Below are positions 31,799 through 41,542 of a DNA stretch of 64,000 nt, in pieces; positions within the stretch are counted from its first letter, which is position 1; every line of letters starts with the position of its first letter. Below the pieces are notes generated by a model. It had not been told where the DNA came from. It did no database searches and worked only from the letters and a program-made list of their open reading frames with translations. Made by a program: the position numbers and the translations under genes. This stretch comes from Hyphomicrobiaceae bacterium (GTDB lineage Bacteria > Pseudomonadota > Alphaproteobacteria > Rhizobiales > Hyphomicrobiaceae), in assembly GCA_041397825.1 (NCBI GenBank), contig JAWKVX010000006.1:292023-356022 (forward strand), in the 5' to 3' direction.

Positions 31799-33405
31799 GC
31801 CGACCTCTCGCTCAGCGGGGCGAATGCCGCATGGATGAGCGCCTTCGTATAGGTCTCACGAGGCGTCTCGAAGATCTCCTGAGGCGTCCCCTGCTCGACC
31901 AAACGGCCATCCTTCATGACGAGGATATGGTCGGCCATCGCGCGGACAACCGCAAGGTCGTGGCTGATGAACAGGTAGCTGAGTTTGTGCCGCACTTGCA
32001 GCTCGCGCAGAAGCTCGACGATTTGCTTCTGCACCTGCCGGTCGAGAGCAGAGGTCGGCTCGTCCAGAACAACAACCTTGGGTTTCAGGATAATGGCGCG
32101 GGCTATGGCGATGCGCTGGCGCTGACCACCTGAAAACTCGTGCGGGTAGCGGTTGCGCATCCGAGGCTCCAGTCCAACCTCGGCGAGGGCTTGAGCGGCG
32201 GAAAGATCACGCGCGGCTCGCGACAGGCCCGGCTCATGCACCAGCAACCCTTCGCTCACGATATCGCCGACCGTCATGCGCGGCGATAGCGAGCCGAACG
32301 GGTCCTGCAGGACGATCTGCAGCTCGCTGCGAAGCGGGCGCATGTCAGCGCCATGGAGCGCCGAGATATCCTGATCGAGAAAGCGAATGGTGCCTCGGCT
32401 CGGCAGCAGGCGAAGCAGGGCCCGGGCGAGGGTCGATTTTCCAGATCCCGACTCCCCGACGATGCCGATCGTCTGGCCGGCCTTCAGGCGGACCGTCACA
32501 TGATCGACCGCCGTCAGCGTCTGCCGTCGTCCGCCGAGCCAGCCGCCACGCAGCTTGAAGGTTACCGAAAGATCGTCGCCGGCGAGCACAGTTTCGGCGG
32601 TGTCCGGCACGGGCGGCTTTCTGCCGCTTGGCTCCGCCGCCAGGAGGGCCTTCGTATAGTCGTGTTGCGGTGCCGAGAAGATGACCGTGGCGGGACCCGT
32701 TTCGACGATCTCACCCTGGCGCATGACGGTGACCCTGTCGGCGATGCGACGGACGATTCCGAGGTCGTGTGTGATGAAAATGAGGGCCATGCCCAGCCGC
32801 TGCTTCAGGTCGCCGAGCAAGGTCAGGATCTCGGCTTGGATGGTCACGTCGAGCGCCGTCGTCGGCTCGTCTGCGATCAGCACCTCCGGGTCATTGGCGA
32901 TGGCCATTGCGATCATCACGCGCTGGCGCTGACCGCCGGACAGCTCGTGCGGATAGGACCGCATGCGCGTCTCGGGATCGGGAATGCGGACCAGATCGAG
33001 GAGTGCGACGGCCCGCTCGTAGGCGTCGTCGTTGGCGATGTGCTGATGCCTCCGGATCGGCTCGATCAGCTGATTGCCGATCGTGTAGAGCGGATCGAGC
33101 GAGGTCATGGGCTCCTGGAAGATCATGGTGATCCTGGCACCGCGCACTCGATTGAGTTCGGATGGCGGCAAGCCGAGAATCTCCTCGCCCAGAAATCGCA
33201 CAGAGCCGGACACTGTCCCGTTCTTGGCGAGCAGGCCCATGGCCGCCATCACCAACTGGCTCTTGCCGGAGCCGCTTTCGCCGACGATGGCGAGCGTCTC
33301 ACCCCTGGCCACCTGCAGGCTTGCACCTTTGACGGCCTCGACGTTGCCATCGGGAGTGTGAAATTGAACGCGGAGGTCGTCGATGGTGAGCAAGGGCGTG
33401 GCCAT
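31795..33405 (-). CDS. ABC transporter ATP-binding protein, fused double ATPase (peptide/nickel Dpp/Opp/Gsi type)
   Basis: Two Walker A motifs (GESGSGKS twice) and two LSGGQRQR signatures, 536 aa. Confidence 0.92.
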   Translation of the reverse strand: MATPLLTIDDLRVQFHTPDGNVEAVKGASLQVARGETLAIVGESGSGKSQLVMAAMGLLAKNGTVSGSVRFLGEEILGLPPSELNRVRGARITMIFQEPMTSLDPLYTIGNQLIEPIRRHQHIANDDAYERAVALLDLVRIPDPETRMRSYPHELSGGQRQRVMIAMAIANDPEVLIADEPTTALDVTIQAEILTLLGDLKQRLGMALIFITHDLGIVRRIADRVTVMRQGEIVETGPATVIFSAPQHDYTKALLAAEPSGRKPPVPDTAETVLAGDDLSVTFKLRGGWLGGRRQTLTAVDHVTVRLKAGQTIGIVGESGSGKSTLARALLRLLPSRGTIRFLDQDISALHGADMRPLRSELQIVLQDPFGSLSPRMTVGDIVSEGLLVHEPGLSRAARDLSAAQALAEVGLEPRMRNRYPHEFSGGQRQRIAIARAIILKPKVVVLDEPTSALDRQVQKQIVELLRELQVRHKLSYLFISHDLAVVRAMADHILVMKDGRLVEQGTPQEIFETPRETYTKALIHAAFAPLSERSA

Positions 33406-33408
33406 GAC

Positions 33409-34530
33409 TCACCTGTCCTTCGGGTCGAGCGCGTCGCGCAATCCGTCACCGATGAAATTCAACGCAAACAATGTCGTCGTCAGGAGCAGCGACGGGTAGA
33501 GCAGCAGCCAGGTGGCCGTCTCGATGCTGCGGGCCCCCTGGCTGATCTGCACGCCCCAACTCGACATCGGCTCCTGCACGCCGAGGCCGAGGAAGGAGAG
33601 GAAGCTCTCGAGGATGATGACCTGCGGCACCAGCAGCGTCACATAGACGATGATCGGTCCGAGGGCGTTCGGTATCACGTGGCGCCAAAGAATGCCCGCG
33701 CTGCCGACGCCGAGCGCCTCCGCGGCCTGCACATACTCCTGGCGCCGGATCGACAACGTCTGCCCACGGACGATGCGAGCCATGTCGAGCCACAGCACGG
33801 CACCGACGGCTATGAACATCAGCACGAAGTTCCGGCCGAAGAACACGACCAGCATGATCACGAAGAAGGTGAAGGGAAGCGCGTAGAGGATATCGACGAT
33901 GCGCATCATGATTTCGTCGGTCTTACCGCCGATCAATCCGGCCGCGGCGCCATAGACGACGCCGATGGCGAGGGCGACGAGGCCGGCGAGCAGACCGATG
34001 GCGAGGGAGACCCGGCCGGCGACCAGCGTCCGGGTCAGGAGATCGCGCCCGCTCGGGTCCGTGCCGAGCAGGAAGTACTTCTGGTCGATGGCGGCGCTCA
34101 TCGTCAGCGACAGCCCGTCGGCTGCGGTCGAGACGACCTGGGTGTCGTCGAAGGAGTCGGAGCGGTCGACATAGCGGGTGATCCGGGTATCGACGGGCTT
34201 CGTTCCGGTGACGGTGACGAGCACGCGGCCGTCCATCTCCGTCCATTGCGTCACCTCGACGCCCGTGCGCTTCAGCGCGTCCTTGAGGCCCGCCTCGATG
34301 GCGTCCTGCTGCGGATAGGGCGAGAGCGAAGGCGGCACGCGGACGTAGCTCTGGTAGATCGTCCGGAAATCGTGCCCGGTGAGATTGGGACCGATGAGAC
34401 AGGCAAGGATGACGAGGGCGAGATAGAACGCACTGCCGACGGCCGCCTTGTTGGCCTTGAGGCGGAGCCAGGCATCGCCCCAAAGCGAGCGGCCCTTGAC
34501 GGCGATCGGTTCTACGGTCGCGTCAGTCAT
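33409..34530 (-). CDS. ABC transporter permease (OppC/DppC-like)
   Basis: 373 aa, multiple TM helices, EAA-like loop (YVQAAEALGV). Confidence 0.88.
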   Translation of the reverse strand: MTDATVEPIAVKGRSLWGDAWLRLKANKAAVGSAFYLALVILACLIGPNLTGHDFRTIYQSYVRVPPSLSPYPQQDAIEAGLKDALKRTGVEVTQWTEMDGRVLVTVTGTKPVDTRITRYVDRSDSFDDTQVVSTAADGLSLTMSAAIDQKYFLLGTDPSGRDLLTRTLVAGRVSLAIGLLAGLVALAIGVVYGAAAGLIGGKTDEIMMRIVDILYALPFTFFVIMLVVFFGRNFVLMFIAVGAVLWLDMARIVRGQTLSIRRQEYVQAAEALGVGSAGILWRHVIPNALGPIIVYVTLLVPQVIILESFLSFLGLGVQEPMSSWGVQISQGARSIETATWLLLYPSLLLTTTLFALNFIGDGLRDALDPKDR

Positions 34531-35446
34531 AGCGCACGCGGGGATCGACGACGGCGTAGAGGATGTCGACGAGGAGATTGAACAGGATTGTGAACACCGC
34601 GATCATGACGACGGTGCCCATGACCAGCGTGTAGTCGCGGTTGATCGCGGCGTCGATGAAGTAGCGGCCGACGCCGGGGATCTGAAAGATCGTCTCGACG
34701 ATGATCGAGCCGGTGACGAGAGCTGCCGCCGTTGGTCCGGCATAGGAGATGATCGGCAGCAGGGCGCCGCGCATGGCGTGTTTCACCACCACCGACCAGC
34801 CCGAAAGACCCATCGCTCTCGCCGTACGGATGTGATTGGAGCGTAGCGCCTCGATCATCGAGCCGCGCATCAGGCGGGCGACGACGGCGATCTGCGGCAA
34901 GGCAAGCGTCAGGATCGGCCCGACCTTGTTGACGAGCGCGCCGTCGCCCCAGCCGCCGATCGGTAGCCATTTGAGTGTCAGGCCGAAGAAGAGCTGGATG
35001 AGCGGTGCGATGACGAAGGTCGGTATGGTCGAGCCGGCGGTCGCGGTCGCAATGACCGCATAGTCGGCGGCGCGGTTCTGATAGAGCGCGGCTACGACTC
35101 CGAGCAGGCCGCCAGCAAGAAGAGCGAGCGCAAGCGCGGAGGCGCCGAGCTGGATCGAAACGGGCAACCCCGCCTTGAAGAGCTCGGCCACCGTGAACTG
35201 GGGCAGAATATAGCTCGGCCCAAGATCGCCTTGCACGAGATTCGCGAGGTAGTTGAGGTACTGCTCCCAGAGGGGCTTATCGAGACCGAAGCTTCGGGCG
35301 AGGTTGGCCTTGATCTCGGGTGGCAGCCCCTTCTCCTGGTTGAACGGACCGCCCGGAGCAACCCGCATCAGAAAAAAGGAGATCGTGACGATGAGAAACA
35401 GCGTCGGGATGGCCGTCAGCAGCCGGCGGAGGACGTAGCTCAGCAT
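34523..35446 (-). CDS. ABC transporter permease (OppB/DppB-like)
   Basis: MLSYVLRRLLTAIPTLFLIVTISFFLMR, ending DPRVRYD, 307 aa. Confidence 0.9.
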   Translation of the reverse strand: MLSYVLRRLLTAIPTLFLIVTISFFLMRVAPGGPFNQEKGLPPEIKANLARSFGLDKPLWEQYLNYLANLVQGDLGPSYILPQFTVAELFKAGLPVSIQLGASALALALLAGGLLGVVAALYQNRAADYAVIATATAGSTIPTFVIAPLIQLFFGLTLKWLPIGGWGDGALVNKVGPILTLALPQIAVVARLMRGSMIEALRSNHIRTARAMGLSGWSVVVKHAMRGALLPIISYAGPTAAALVTGSIIVETIFQIPGVGRYFIDAAINRDYTLVMGTVVMIAVFTILFNLLVDILYAVVDPRVRYD

Positions 35447-35505
35447 GTCAGGACCAGGGCGTTGCGGGGCCGCCGACCGCTGAGGGACGGCGGCCCGGAC
35501 GCTTG

Positions 35506-37080
35506 CTATTCCTTGGAGATGAATCGCGAGGGATGCACGTCCATGACGTTGTCGTTGAAGCCCTTGAGCTTCGGCGAGACGATGTTGTGGTTGGCGTAGA
35601 AGAGAAGCGGCATGATGCCGATATCCTGCATCAGGATGCCTTCGGCGTCCGACAGGAATTGCATGCGCTTGGCAGTGTCGGGCTCGACGGAGGCCTTGTT
35701 GAGCAGATCGTCATAGGCCGGGCTCGAGTACTCGCCATAATTGTTGCCGGTGCCGGATTTTCCGAGATCGAGGAAGGTGCCCGGATCCTTGTAGTCAGCG
35801 ATCCAGCCGGCGCGCGCGACGTCGAAATCGCCCTTCTGCTCGAGGAAGCTGTAGTGGGTTTTGCCGTCGGCGTTGACCAGCGTCACGTCGATGTTGAAGG
35901 CTTTGAGCATGTCCTGGATGGCGACGGCCGTGTTCTTGTGGTTCTCGGAGGTGTTGTAGCGAAGCTCCAGTTTCAGCGGGTTCTCGGGTGTGATGCCGAG
36001 CTCAGCAAAGATCTTCTTCGCCTCGTCCTCGCGATCGAGTTGCGAGAGGCCGGCATAGGCGAGTGTCTTTGGCGCATAGCCGGCAACGCCCGGCGGTACC
36101 ATCCCGTAGGCGGGCAGCATGGCATTCTGCCAGACCTTCTCGGCCAGGTAATCCCGATCGATCACCATCGAGATGGCATGGCGCAGCTTGATGTCGTCCC
36201 ACGGTTTCTTCACGGTCTTGAAGACATAGTAGTAGGTCGCAAGCTGCGGTCCGGTCTGGAGCTGGTCGCCGAATTTCGTCTTGAGATCGCCGAGCTGCTC
36301 GGTCGGGAAGTCGTTGTTGCTGTCGAGCTCGCCGGCCTCGTAGCGCTTCATGGCGGCCGCGCGATCCTCGGCGGGGATGTAATTCACGACATCGAGCTTG
36401 ACGTTGGCGGCGTCGAAGAACTTGGGATTTTTGACGAGTTTGATGTGATCGTTCGGCACGAACTCGGCGAGCGTAAAGGCGCCGTTGGAGACGACATTGC
36501 CTGGCTTGACGAAGTCATCGCCGAATTTTTCTACGTTGGCCTGGCTCACGCCATAGGTCGCCTGATGCGTCAGCATCTCGAGAAAATAGGGGGTTGGCCC
36601 TTTGAGCGTGATCTCGAGCGTCTTGTCGTCGATCGCCTTGACGCCAAGCTCGTCAGGCGTCTTCTCGCCGGCCGTGATCTCCTTGGCATTGACGATCGGC
36701 TCGGCGATGTAGGCATATTCGGAGGCGGTCTTCGGGTCGACGACGCGACGCAACGAGAATGCGAAGTCGTTGGCCGTCACCGGCGTGCCGTCGGACCACA
36801 CATGGTCCCTGATCTTGAACGTATAGACGAGGCCGTTGTCTGAGACGGTCCAGCTTTCGGCGGCACCCGGAATGAGATTGGCGTCGGCATCCTGGGCAAC
36901 GAGGCCCGTGAACATGTCGCGGAGAATGTTCGCCTCCTCGACCGTCGACGTCTTGTGCGGATCGAGCGATTGCGGATCACCGTTGGCGCCGCGGTTGTAG
37001 ACGGATTGGGCCATCGTGGCCGGTGCGGCCAATGCCGTCAGCAATGCGGCCGCAACGAGTGACTTCGTCCAATGGCGCAT
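35506..37080 (-). CDS. ABC transporter substrate-binding protein, family 5 (peptide/nickel)
   Basis: Signal peptide MRHWTKSLVAAALLTALAAPATMA, about 524 aa, typical SBP_bac_5 length and sequence. Internal ATG at 37080. Confidence 0.9.
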   Translation of the reverse strand: MRHWTKSLVAAALLTALAAPATMAQSVYNRGANGDPQSLDPHKTSTVEEANILRDMFTGLVAQDADANLIPGAAESWTVSDNGLVYTFKIRDHVWSDGTPVTANDFAFSLRRVVDPKTASEYAYIAEPIVNAKEITAGEKTPDELGVKAIDDKTLEITLKGPTPYFLEMLTHQATYGVSQANVEKFGDDFVKPGNVVSNGAFTLAEFVPNDHIKLVKNPKFFDAANVKLDVVNYIPAEDRAAAMKRYEAGELDSNNDFPTEQLGDLKTKFGDQLQTGPQLATYYYVFKTVKKPWDDIKLRHAISMVIDRDYLAEKVWQNAMLPAYGMVPPGVAGYAPKTLAYAGLSQLDREDEAKKIFAELGITPENPLKLELRYNTSENHKNTAVAIQDMLKAFNIDVTLVNADGKTHYSFLEQKGDFDVARAGWIADYKDPGTFLDLGKSGTGNNYGEYSSPAYDDLLNKASVEPDTAKRMQFLSDAEGILMQDIGIMPLLFYANHNIVSPKLKGFNDNVMDVHPSRFISKE

Positions 37081-37224
37081 GTGTTTCCTCCTCAGGTTTG
37101 GGCTCCGCCGTCTTCGTGCGGATTGTCCCGATGACGTTTCGGACAACTGGGTTCCCAGGTTCCGGCAGGCCCTGCTGGACCGGAGCTTCGTCCCAGAGCC
37201 GGGGCAGCGTCAAGCGGAAGGCGT

Positions 37225-38559
37225 CTATTGCAGGGACCAAACGGTTCCGGCCTGCACCGTCACCGGTCGCAAGCCCCGTTGCTCTGGCTGCAATCCCTTG
37301 ATGACCGAGACCATGTCCTCGAGCACATGCTGTTTCGTAGCGTAGTAGGAGTGTGTCTCCGGCAGGCTCCAAGGTGTCACCTCGAGCTCGGACGCATCGA
37401 TGATCTCGAAGCCTTCCGCATAGGTGACGGGCTTGCCGAGCCGAGGGGCAGAGTTGATTTGCTCGGAAGCCGTCAAAGCCAGATCCTTGTTGGAGGTGTA
37501 GACGACCCACTGCTCGGCGAGCGGGCGGACCTCGGCCGCGATCTGATCGCGGAAGAGCTCGGAATCGAAGTCGGGCGCACAGAGAATGACGCTCTGGAAC
37601 AAGGGCTTCGAGGCATCCTTGTAGGCCATCAGCCGAAGCGCGCCGAGGAGGCCGCGGCTTCCCATGCTGTGGGCGACCAGATGCAATTTGCGACCGGGAA
37701 ACTGCTGCTTCAGCGTTTCGAGCAGAGTCTCGATGTGCTTGGCGCTCCAGGCCACGTCCTCGGCATCCGAGGTGTAGGCCGTAATGCCACCGTCAGATGG
37801 CCAGGAATAGACGATTGGTGCGCCGTCGAATCCGAAATCGAAGGCCACCTGGGCGGCGCGGACGATGGCGTCCGAGAATGGCACGTTGAAACCATGGACG
37901 TAGACCAAGAGATCGCTCTTGCCGCCGCCGATCAGGCGCAGCTCGTCCATCAGGCCGGACTCGTCAAAATCCGTCAGCTTCAGAATGAAGATATGCTTGC
38001 TGGTATCCCGAAGACTTTGAATGCCGAGCCAGGGTGTCTCGATCTGGCCGCGCTTGTGGGAGAGAGGGATGTTGACCTCGGCCTTGCCGTAGCTCATGGC
38101 CCCGTTTTGGGAGCGATTGCCATCGAAAGCGAGCTCGGGCTCCACCGCACCGGTCCGCCGCCGGTCGGTTGCGTAGTAGACCGTCTGCACATAGGCCTCG
38201 GTTGCGCCGGCCGTCTTCTTGAGCGTGAACGAGCGCGTGGAAGCCGCTGCCAGCGAGGCGATATGGCCGACACGCGTGATCTCCTTGCGCGGCGGCAACT
38301 GGACGCCATAGCTCTCGAGGATTTCGACGACAGCATAGTAGACGTCCGCACTGTCGAGCCCGAGATCACGGACGAGGTCGACGTTCTCCTCGAATCGCTC
38401 CGCCGGTAACCCGAACCGCGCCGCGAGCTTCCGCGCGATCTCGTCGACGACCTTCTGGGGTGCCTTGAGCAGCACCTGCGCCATGGCTTCCGGATTGAGT
38501 GTGGCAGCCGGCATGCCGGTTACCGCCAGGGCAATCATGAGCAGTCGCAGCAGACGCAT
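37225..38559 (-). CDS. exported fusion protein: signal peptide + acyl-carrier-protein-like domain + DUF900 alpha/beta hydrolase
   Basis: MRLLRLLMIALAVTGMPAATLNPEAMA signal, DLGLDSADVYYAVVEILE (PP-binding-like LG.DS motif), then VYVHGFN...LVAHSMGSRG nucleophile elbow typical of DUF900. ATG 38559 has a GAGG SD. Confidence 0.7.
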   Translation of the reverse strand: MRLLRLLMIALAVTGMPAATLNPEAMAQVLLKAPQKVVDEIARKLAARFGLPAERFEENVDLVRDLGLDSADVYYAVVEILESYGVQLPPRKEITRVGHIASLAAASTRSFTLKKTAGATEAYVQTVYYATDRRRTGAVEPELAFDGNRSQNGAMSYGKAEVNIPLSHKRGQIETPWLGIQSLRDTSKHIFILKLTDFDESGLMDELRLIGGGKSDLLVYVHGFNVPFSDAIVRAAQVAFDFGFDGAPIVYSWPSDGGITAYTSDAEDVAWSAKHIETLLETLKQQFPGRKLHLVAHSMGSRGLLGALRLMAYKDASKPLFQSVILCAPDFDSELFRDQIAAEVRPLAEQWVVYTSNKDLALTASEQINSAPRLGKPVTYAEGFEIIDASELEVTPWSLPETHSYYATKQHVLEDMVSVIKGLQPEQRGLRPVTVQAGTVWSLQ

Positions 38560-38570
38560 GGGCACCTCGC

Positions 38571-40070
38571 TTACTCGAACCGAATTCGCCCCTCGATCCT
38601 GGGCGTCACGGCGCCAGCCGTTTTGATGGCGTCCATGACGACCGTGGCGACCAGCGGCCCCTCGTTGGCTTCCAGGAGAACTGTGGCCTTGAGAAGGACG
38701 TCGTAACCATCCTTTCCCGTCGCCAGGAAGTCGTTGACCGCGAGCTTGTATCGCTTACCGGGATCGAGCGGCAGACCACCGACTTCGATCTCCGTCAGAC
38801 GCTTGCCCGGCACGGCATTCCGGCGGGCAACGATCCGGGCTCCCGAAAGCTGGGCGAAGCGACCTTCGGCCTTGTCTGCGAACCATACACCGTTCTCCAG
38901 CGCCGTCCTGAGATCCGAACCGAGGACCTCGAGCACGACGAGCTTGTTGCCGAAGGGCAGCTCGGTCAGCACATCGCGCTTGGTCAGCACCTGACCGGCT
39001 TCGTACTGCTTGTCGCCCCGGATGCCGCCACCGTTCATGATGGCGACGTCGGCACCGACGGCCTCGCGCATCGCATCGGTGATGAGATTGCCGAGCGCCG
39101 CCTCGCCGCCGCGGACGGTCGATTTGCGGCTATCGAGCGGTGTTGCGGTCTTGCCAAGCTCCGCCGCCAGATCGGCATCGAGCTCGTCTTCGTAGGTGGC
39201 GACCTGGGCCGCGATTTCGGGATCGGGTGAGACATCGGCGGTATCGACGATGCGGAAGCGCGGATGCCAGGCGATCTTCCTCGGATCGCCATCGCTGACC
39301 GTGATGTCGAGATCGACGACAACGAGCGTCTCGCCCTCCTCCTTGGCTTCTGCGAGCACACTTCGGCCGTCGTAGAGCAGCATGAGATCGTGGTCGTGGC
39401 CGGAGAGCACCACGTCATAGAGGCCCGAGTTGACGAGCCGGAGGTCATCCTGCCAGGGCGCATGGACGACGAGCACGACGATGTCCGCGCCAGCGGCCCT
39501 CAGCTCCCTGGCCTTGTTCTCGCCCATCGGCATCGACGGTGCAAAGCGCAGGCTGCCCGGGCTCGAGCGCATGGCGGAGCTGTCATCGGTCAAGCCGATC
39601 ACACCGACTTTCACCCCGTCGACCTCGAGCATCCTGGTATCGGCGATGCCCGGCAGCGGCTTGCCGTCGGCATCGCTCAAATTGGCGGCAAGGACCGGCA
39701 CGGTCAGCTCTGACAGGCGCTCGCGGAAGACGGTCTCGCCGAAATCGAACTCGTGGTTGCCCGGGACGAACAGATCGATGCCTGTCACGTTCATCAAGGC
39801 GACGATGGCCCGGCCCTTGTCGAGCCCCGAGCGAAGCGACGGAGAGAACGTGTCCCCGGCGTGAGCGACGATCGTGTTCGGATTGCGGCGCCGCTCGGCC
39901 TTGATGGCGGAGGCAACACGCGCAAAGCCGCCACGGCCATCCCTCTCGCCGATCTCATAGATGTCGCTGAACAGCGCGAAAGAGAGAGCGACTCTGCGGT
40001 CGGCCGCCGTCGCCACGTCGCCGAATAAAAGTGAGACTGCGAGAACAGCCCCTACCATACGCCAACGCAT
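38571..40070 (-). CDS. bifunctional metallophosphatase / 5'-nucleotidase (UshA-like), secreted
   Basis: Signal peptide MRWRMVGAVLAVSLLFGDVATA, GDTFS, PGNHEFDFG, HAPW, SGHDH motifs, plus a C-terminal 5'-nucleotidase domain. Confidence 0.88.
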   Translation of the reverse strand: MRWRMVGAVLAVSLLFGDVATAADRRVALSFALFSDIYEIGERDGRGGFARVASAIKAERRRNPNTIVAHAGDTFSPSLRSGLDKGRAIVALMNVTGIDLFVPGNHEFDFGETVFRERLSELTVPVLAANLSDADGKPLPGIADTRMLEVDGVKVGVIGLTDDSSAMRSSPGSLRFAPSMPMGENKARELRAAGADIVVLVVHAPWQDDLRLVNSGLYDVVLSGHDHDLMLLYDGRSVLAEAKEEGETLVVVDLDITVSDGDPRKIAWHPRFRIVDTADVSPDPEIAAQVATYEDELDADLAAELGKTATPLDSRKSTVRGGEAALGNLITDAMREAVGADVAIMNGGGIRGDKQYEAGQVLTKRDVLTELPFGNKLVVLEVLGSDLRTALENGVWFADKAEGRFAQLSGARIVARRNAVPGKRLTEIEVGGLPLDPGKRYKLAVNDFLATGKDGYDVLLKATVLLEANEGPLVATVVMDAIKTAGAVTPRIEGRIRFE

Positions 40071-40218
40071 GCACAACCCCACACGTTTCCCCCGACGCGA
40101 TCGTAGCCCAGTGGTCTGCGCCGAGCCAGCACGCATTCTCCCATGACGGTGTGAAGGACGGGCCCGGTGTCGCAATTGCGATGAGCGTCAGCATTGCAGG
40201 CCGGATCAGGAGCCGGGC

Positions 40219-41457
40219 TCAGATCGCGTCTCCCCTGAGGAGCCTCGGCAGCTCGCCCGTCATGCCGGCAGCCTCGGCGACGAGCAGGCGTTTCAACACG
40301 GGCGTGCGGTCCACGACACCGAGCCCGATGTCGCGAGCCACTCTCAGCACGGTGCTGTCGTTCGAGAATAGGCGGTTCAGGCTGTCCATGCCGAGTGCCG
40401 AGGCGACCGAGTCGAAGCGACGCCAGCGCTGATAGCGCTCGAGCGGTTCGGCGCTGCCGATGTCCAGGCCAAGCCGTGCCGTCTCGACCACAATCTCGGC
40501 AAGCGCGGCCACATCGCGCAATCCGATGTTGAATCCCTGCCCGGCCAGCGGATGAACGCCCCGTGCGCTGTCACCGACAAGCACGACCCGCCCGGTATGG
40601 AAGCTCCTGGCGAGGTGCAGATCGAGAGGAAACGCTTGTCGCGGGCCTTCGATCGTCAACTCGCCGAGCCGCCCCGTGAAGCGCCGGCGGAGCTCCTCGG
40701 CGAAAGCAGCATCGTCCAAGGCCAGCAGGTGCTTGGCGGCGTCGCTTCGCTCCGACCAGACGAGTGACGAGCGGAATGAGCCTTTGAGCGGCAGGATGGC
40801 GAACGGACCGGACGGCAGGAAGTGTTGTGTCGCTCGGCCTTGATGCGGGAGCTCGTGAGCGACGGTGGCGACAATGCCATGCTGGCCGTAGCTCCAGCCG
40901 ACCGTCTTGATGCCGGCCAGCGATCGAAGGCCGGATTGGCGTCCGTCGGCGGCCACGGCAAGCCTCGCCCGGAGTCGCGTGCCGTCGGCGAGGTGCAGAT
41001 CGATGTGACCGGGATGCTGCTCGATCGCCGTCAACGTCGCATCGTCAAAACCGTGAAGGCCCGATGCACCCGCCAAGGCGGTGCCGAGGGATTCCTTGAG
41101 GACGGCATTCGGCACGATGTAGGAAGCGACCTCTCCGTCGCGCATATTGTCGAAATGCAGGAGCACCGGCCGGATGGGGGAGTGTGGCGTCGCATCGGTG
41201 ATCTCGATTTCGCGGACAGGCTCGGCCTCGGGTCCGACCGACGACCAGACGCCAATGGCGTCGAGCGCGTGTCGGGACGCCAGCGAGAGAGCCGAAGCCC
41301 GGAGATCCAGCGGCGCCGCCGCCGCAGCCGGCCGCTGCTCGATCATAGCGATCCGGAACGAGGGCGGCAGAGCCGACCGAAATGCCAGGGCGAGGGCCGA
41401 GCCGATCAGGCTTCGGCCGACGATGACGATATCGTAAACCCCGGATGGTGCAGTCAT
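40219..41457 (-). CDS. UbiH/UbiF/VisC/COQ6 family FAD-dependent ubiquinone biosynthesis hydroxylase
   Basis: YDIVIVGRSLIGSALALAF dinucleotide fold, GRVVLVGDSARGVHPLAGQGFNIGLRD. Internal ATG at 41457. Confidence 0.85.
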   Translation of the reverse strand: MTAPSGVYDIVIVGRSLIGSALALAFRSALPPSFRIAMIEQRPAAAAAPLDLRASALSLASRHALDAIGVWSSVGPEAEPVREIEITDATPHSPIRPVLLHFDNMRDGEVASYIVPNAVLKESLGTALAGASGLHGFDDATLTAIEQHPGHIDLHLADGTRLRARLAVAADGRQSGLRSLAGIKTVGWSYGQHGIVATVAHELPHQGRATQHFLPSGPFAILPLKGSFRSSLVWSERSDAAKHLLALDDAAFAEELRRRFTGRLGELTIEGPRQAFPLDLHLARSFHTGRVVLVGDSARGVHPLAGQGFNIGLRDVAALAEIVVETARLGLDIGSAEPLERYQRWRRFDSVASALGMDSLNRLFSNDSTVLRVARDIGLGVVDRTPVLKRLLVAEAAGMTGELPRLLRGDAI

Positions 41458-41542
41458 GCTCGTTCCATGGCTTGCTTGACAGCGATCGCCCGCCGCTCCA
41501 GTTGTGCCCGCTTGCCCCCGTCCCTGCAAGACCAGGAGCCTC

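Noticed and set aside
32353-34581. 742-aa plus-strand ORF
   Set aside because: Antisense to the ABC ATPase and permease genes, with an Arg/Asp/His/Gly-rich low-information translation. A typical high-GC shadow ORF.
35503-36843. 446-aa plus-strand ORF
   Set aside because: Antisense to the family-5 substrate-binding protein gene, with repetitive Val/Asp/Gly/Leu composition and no motifs.
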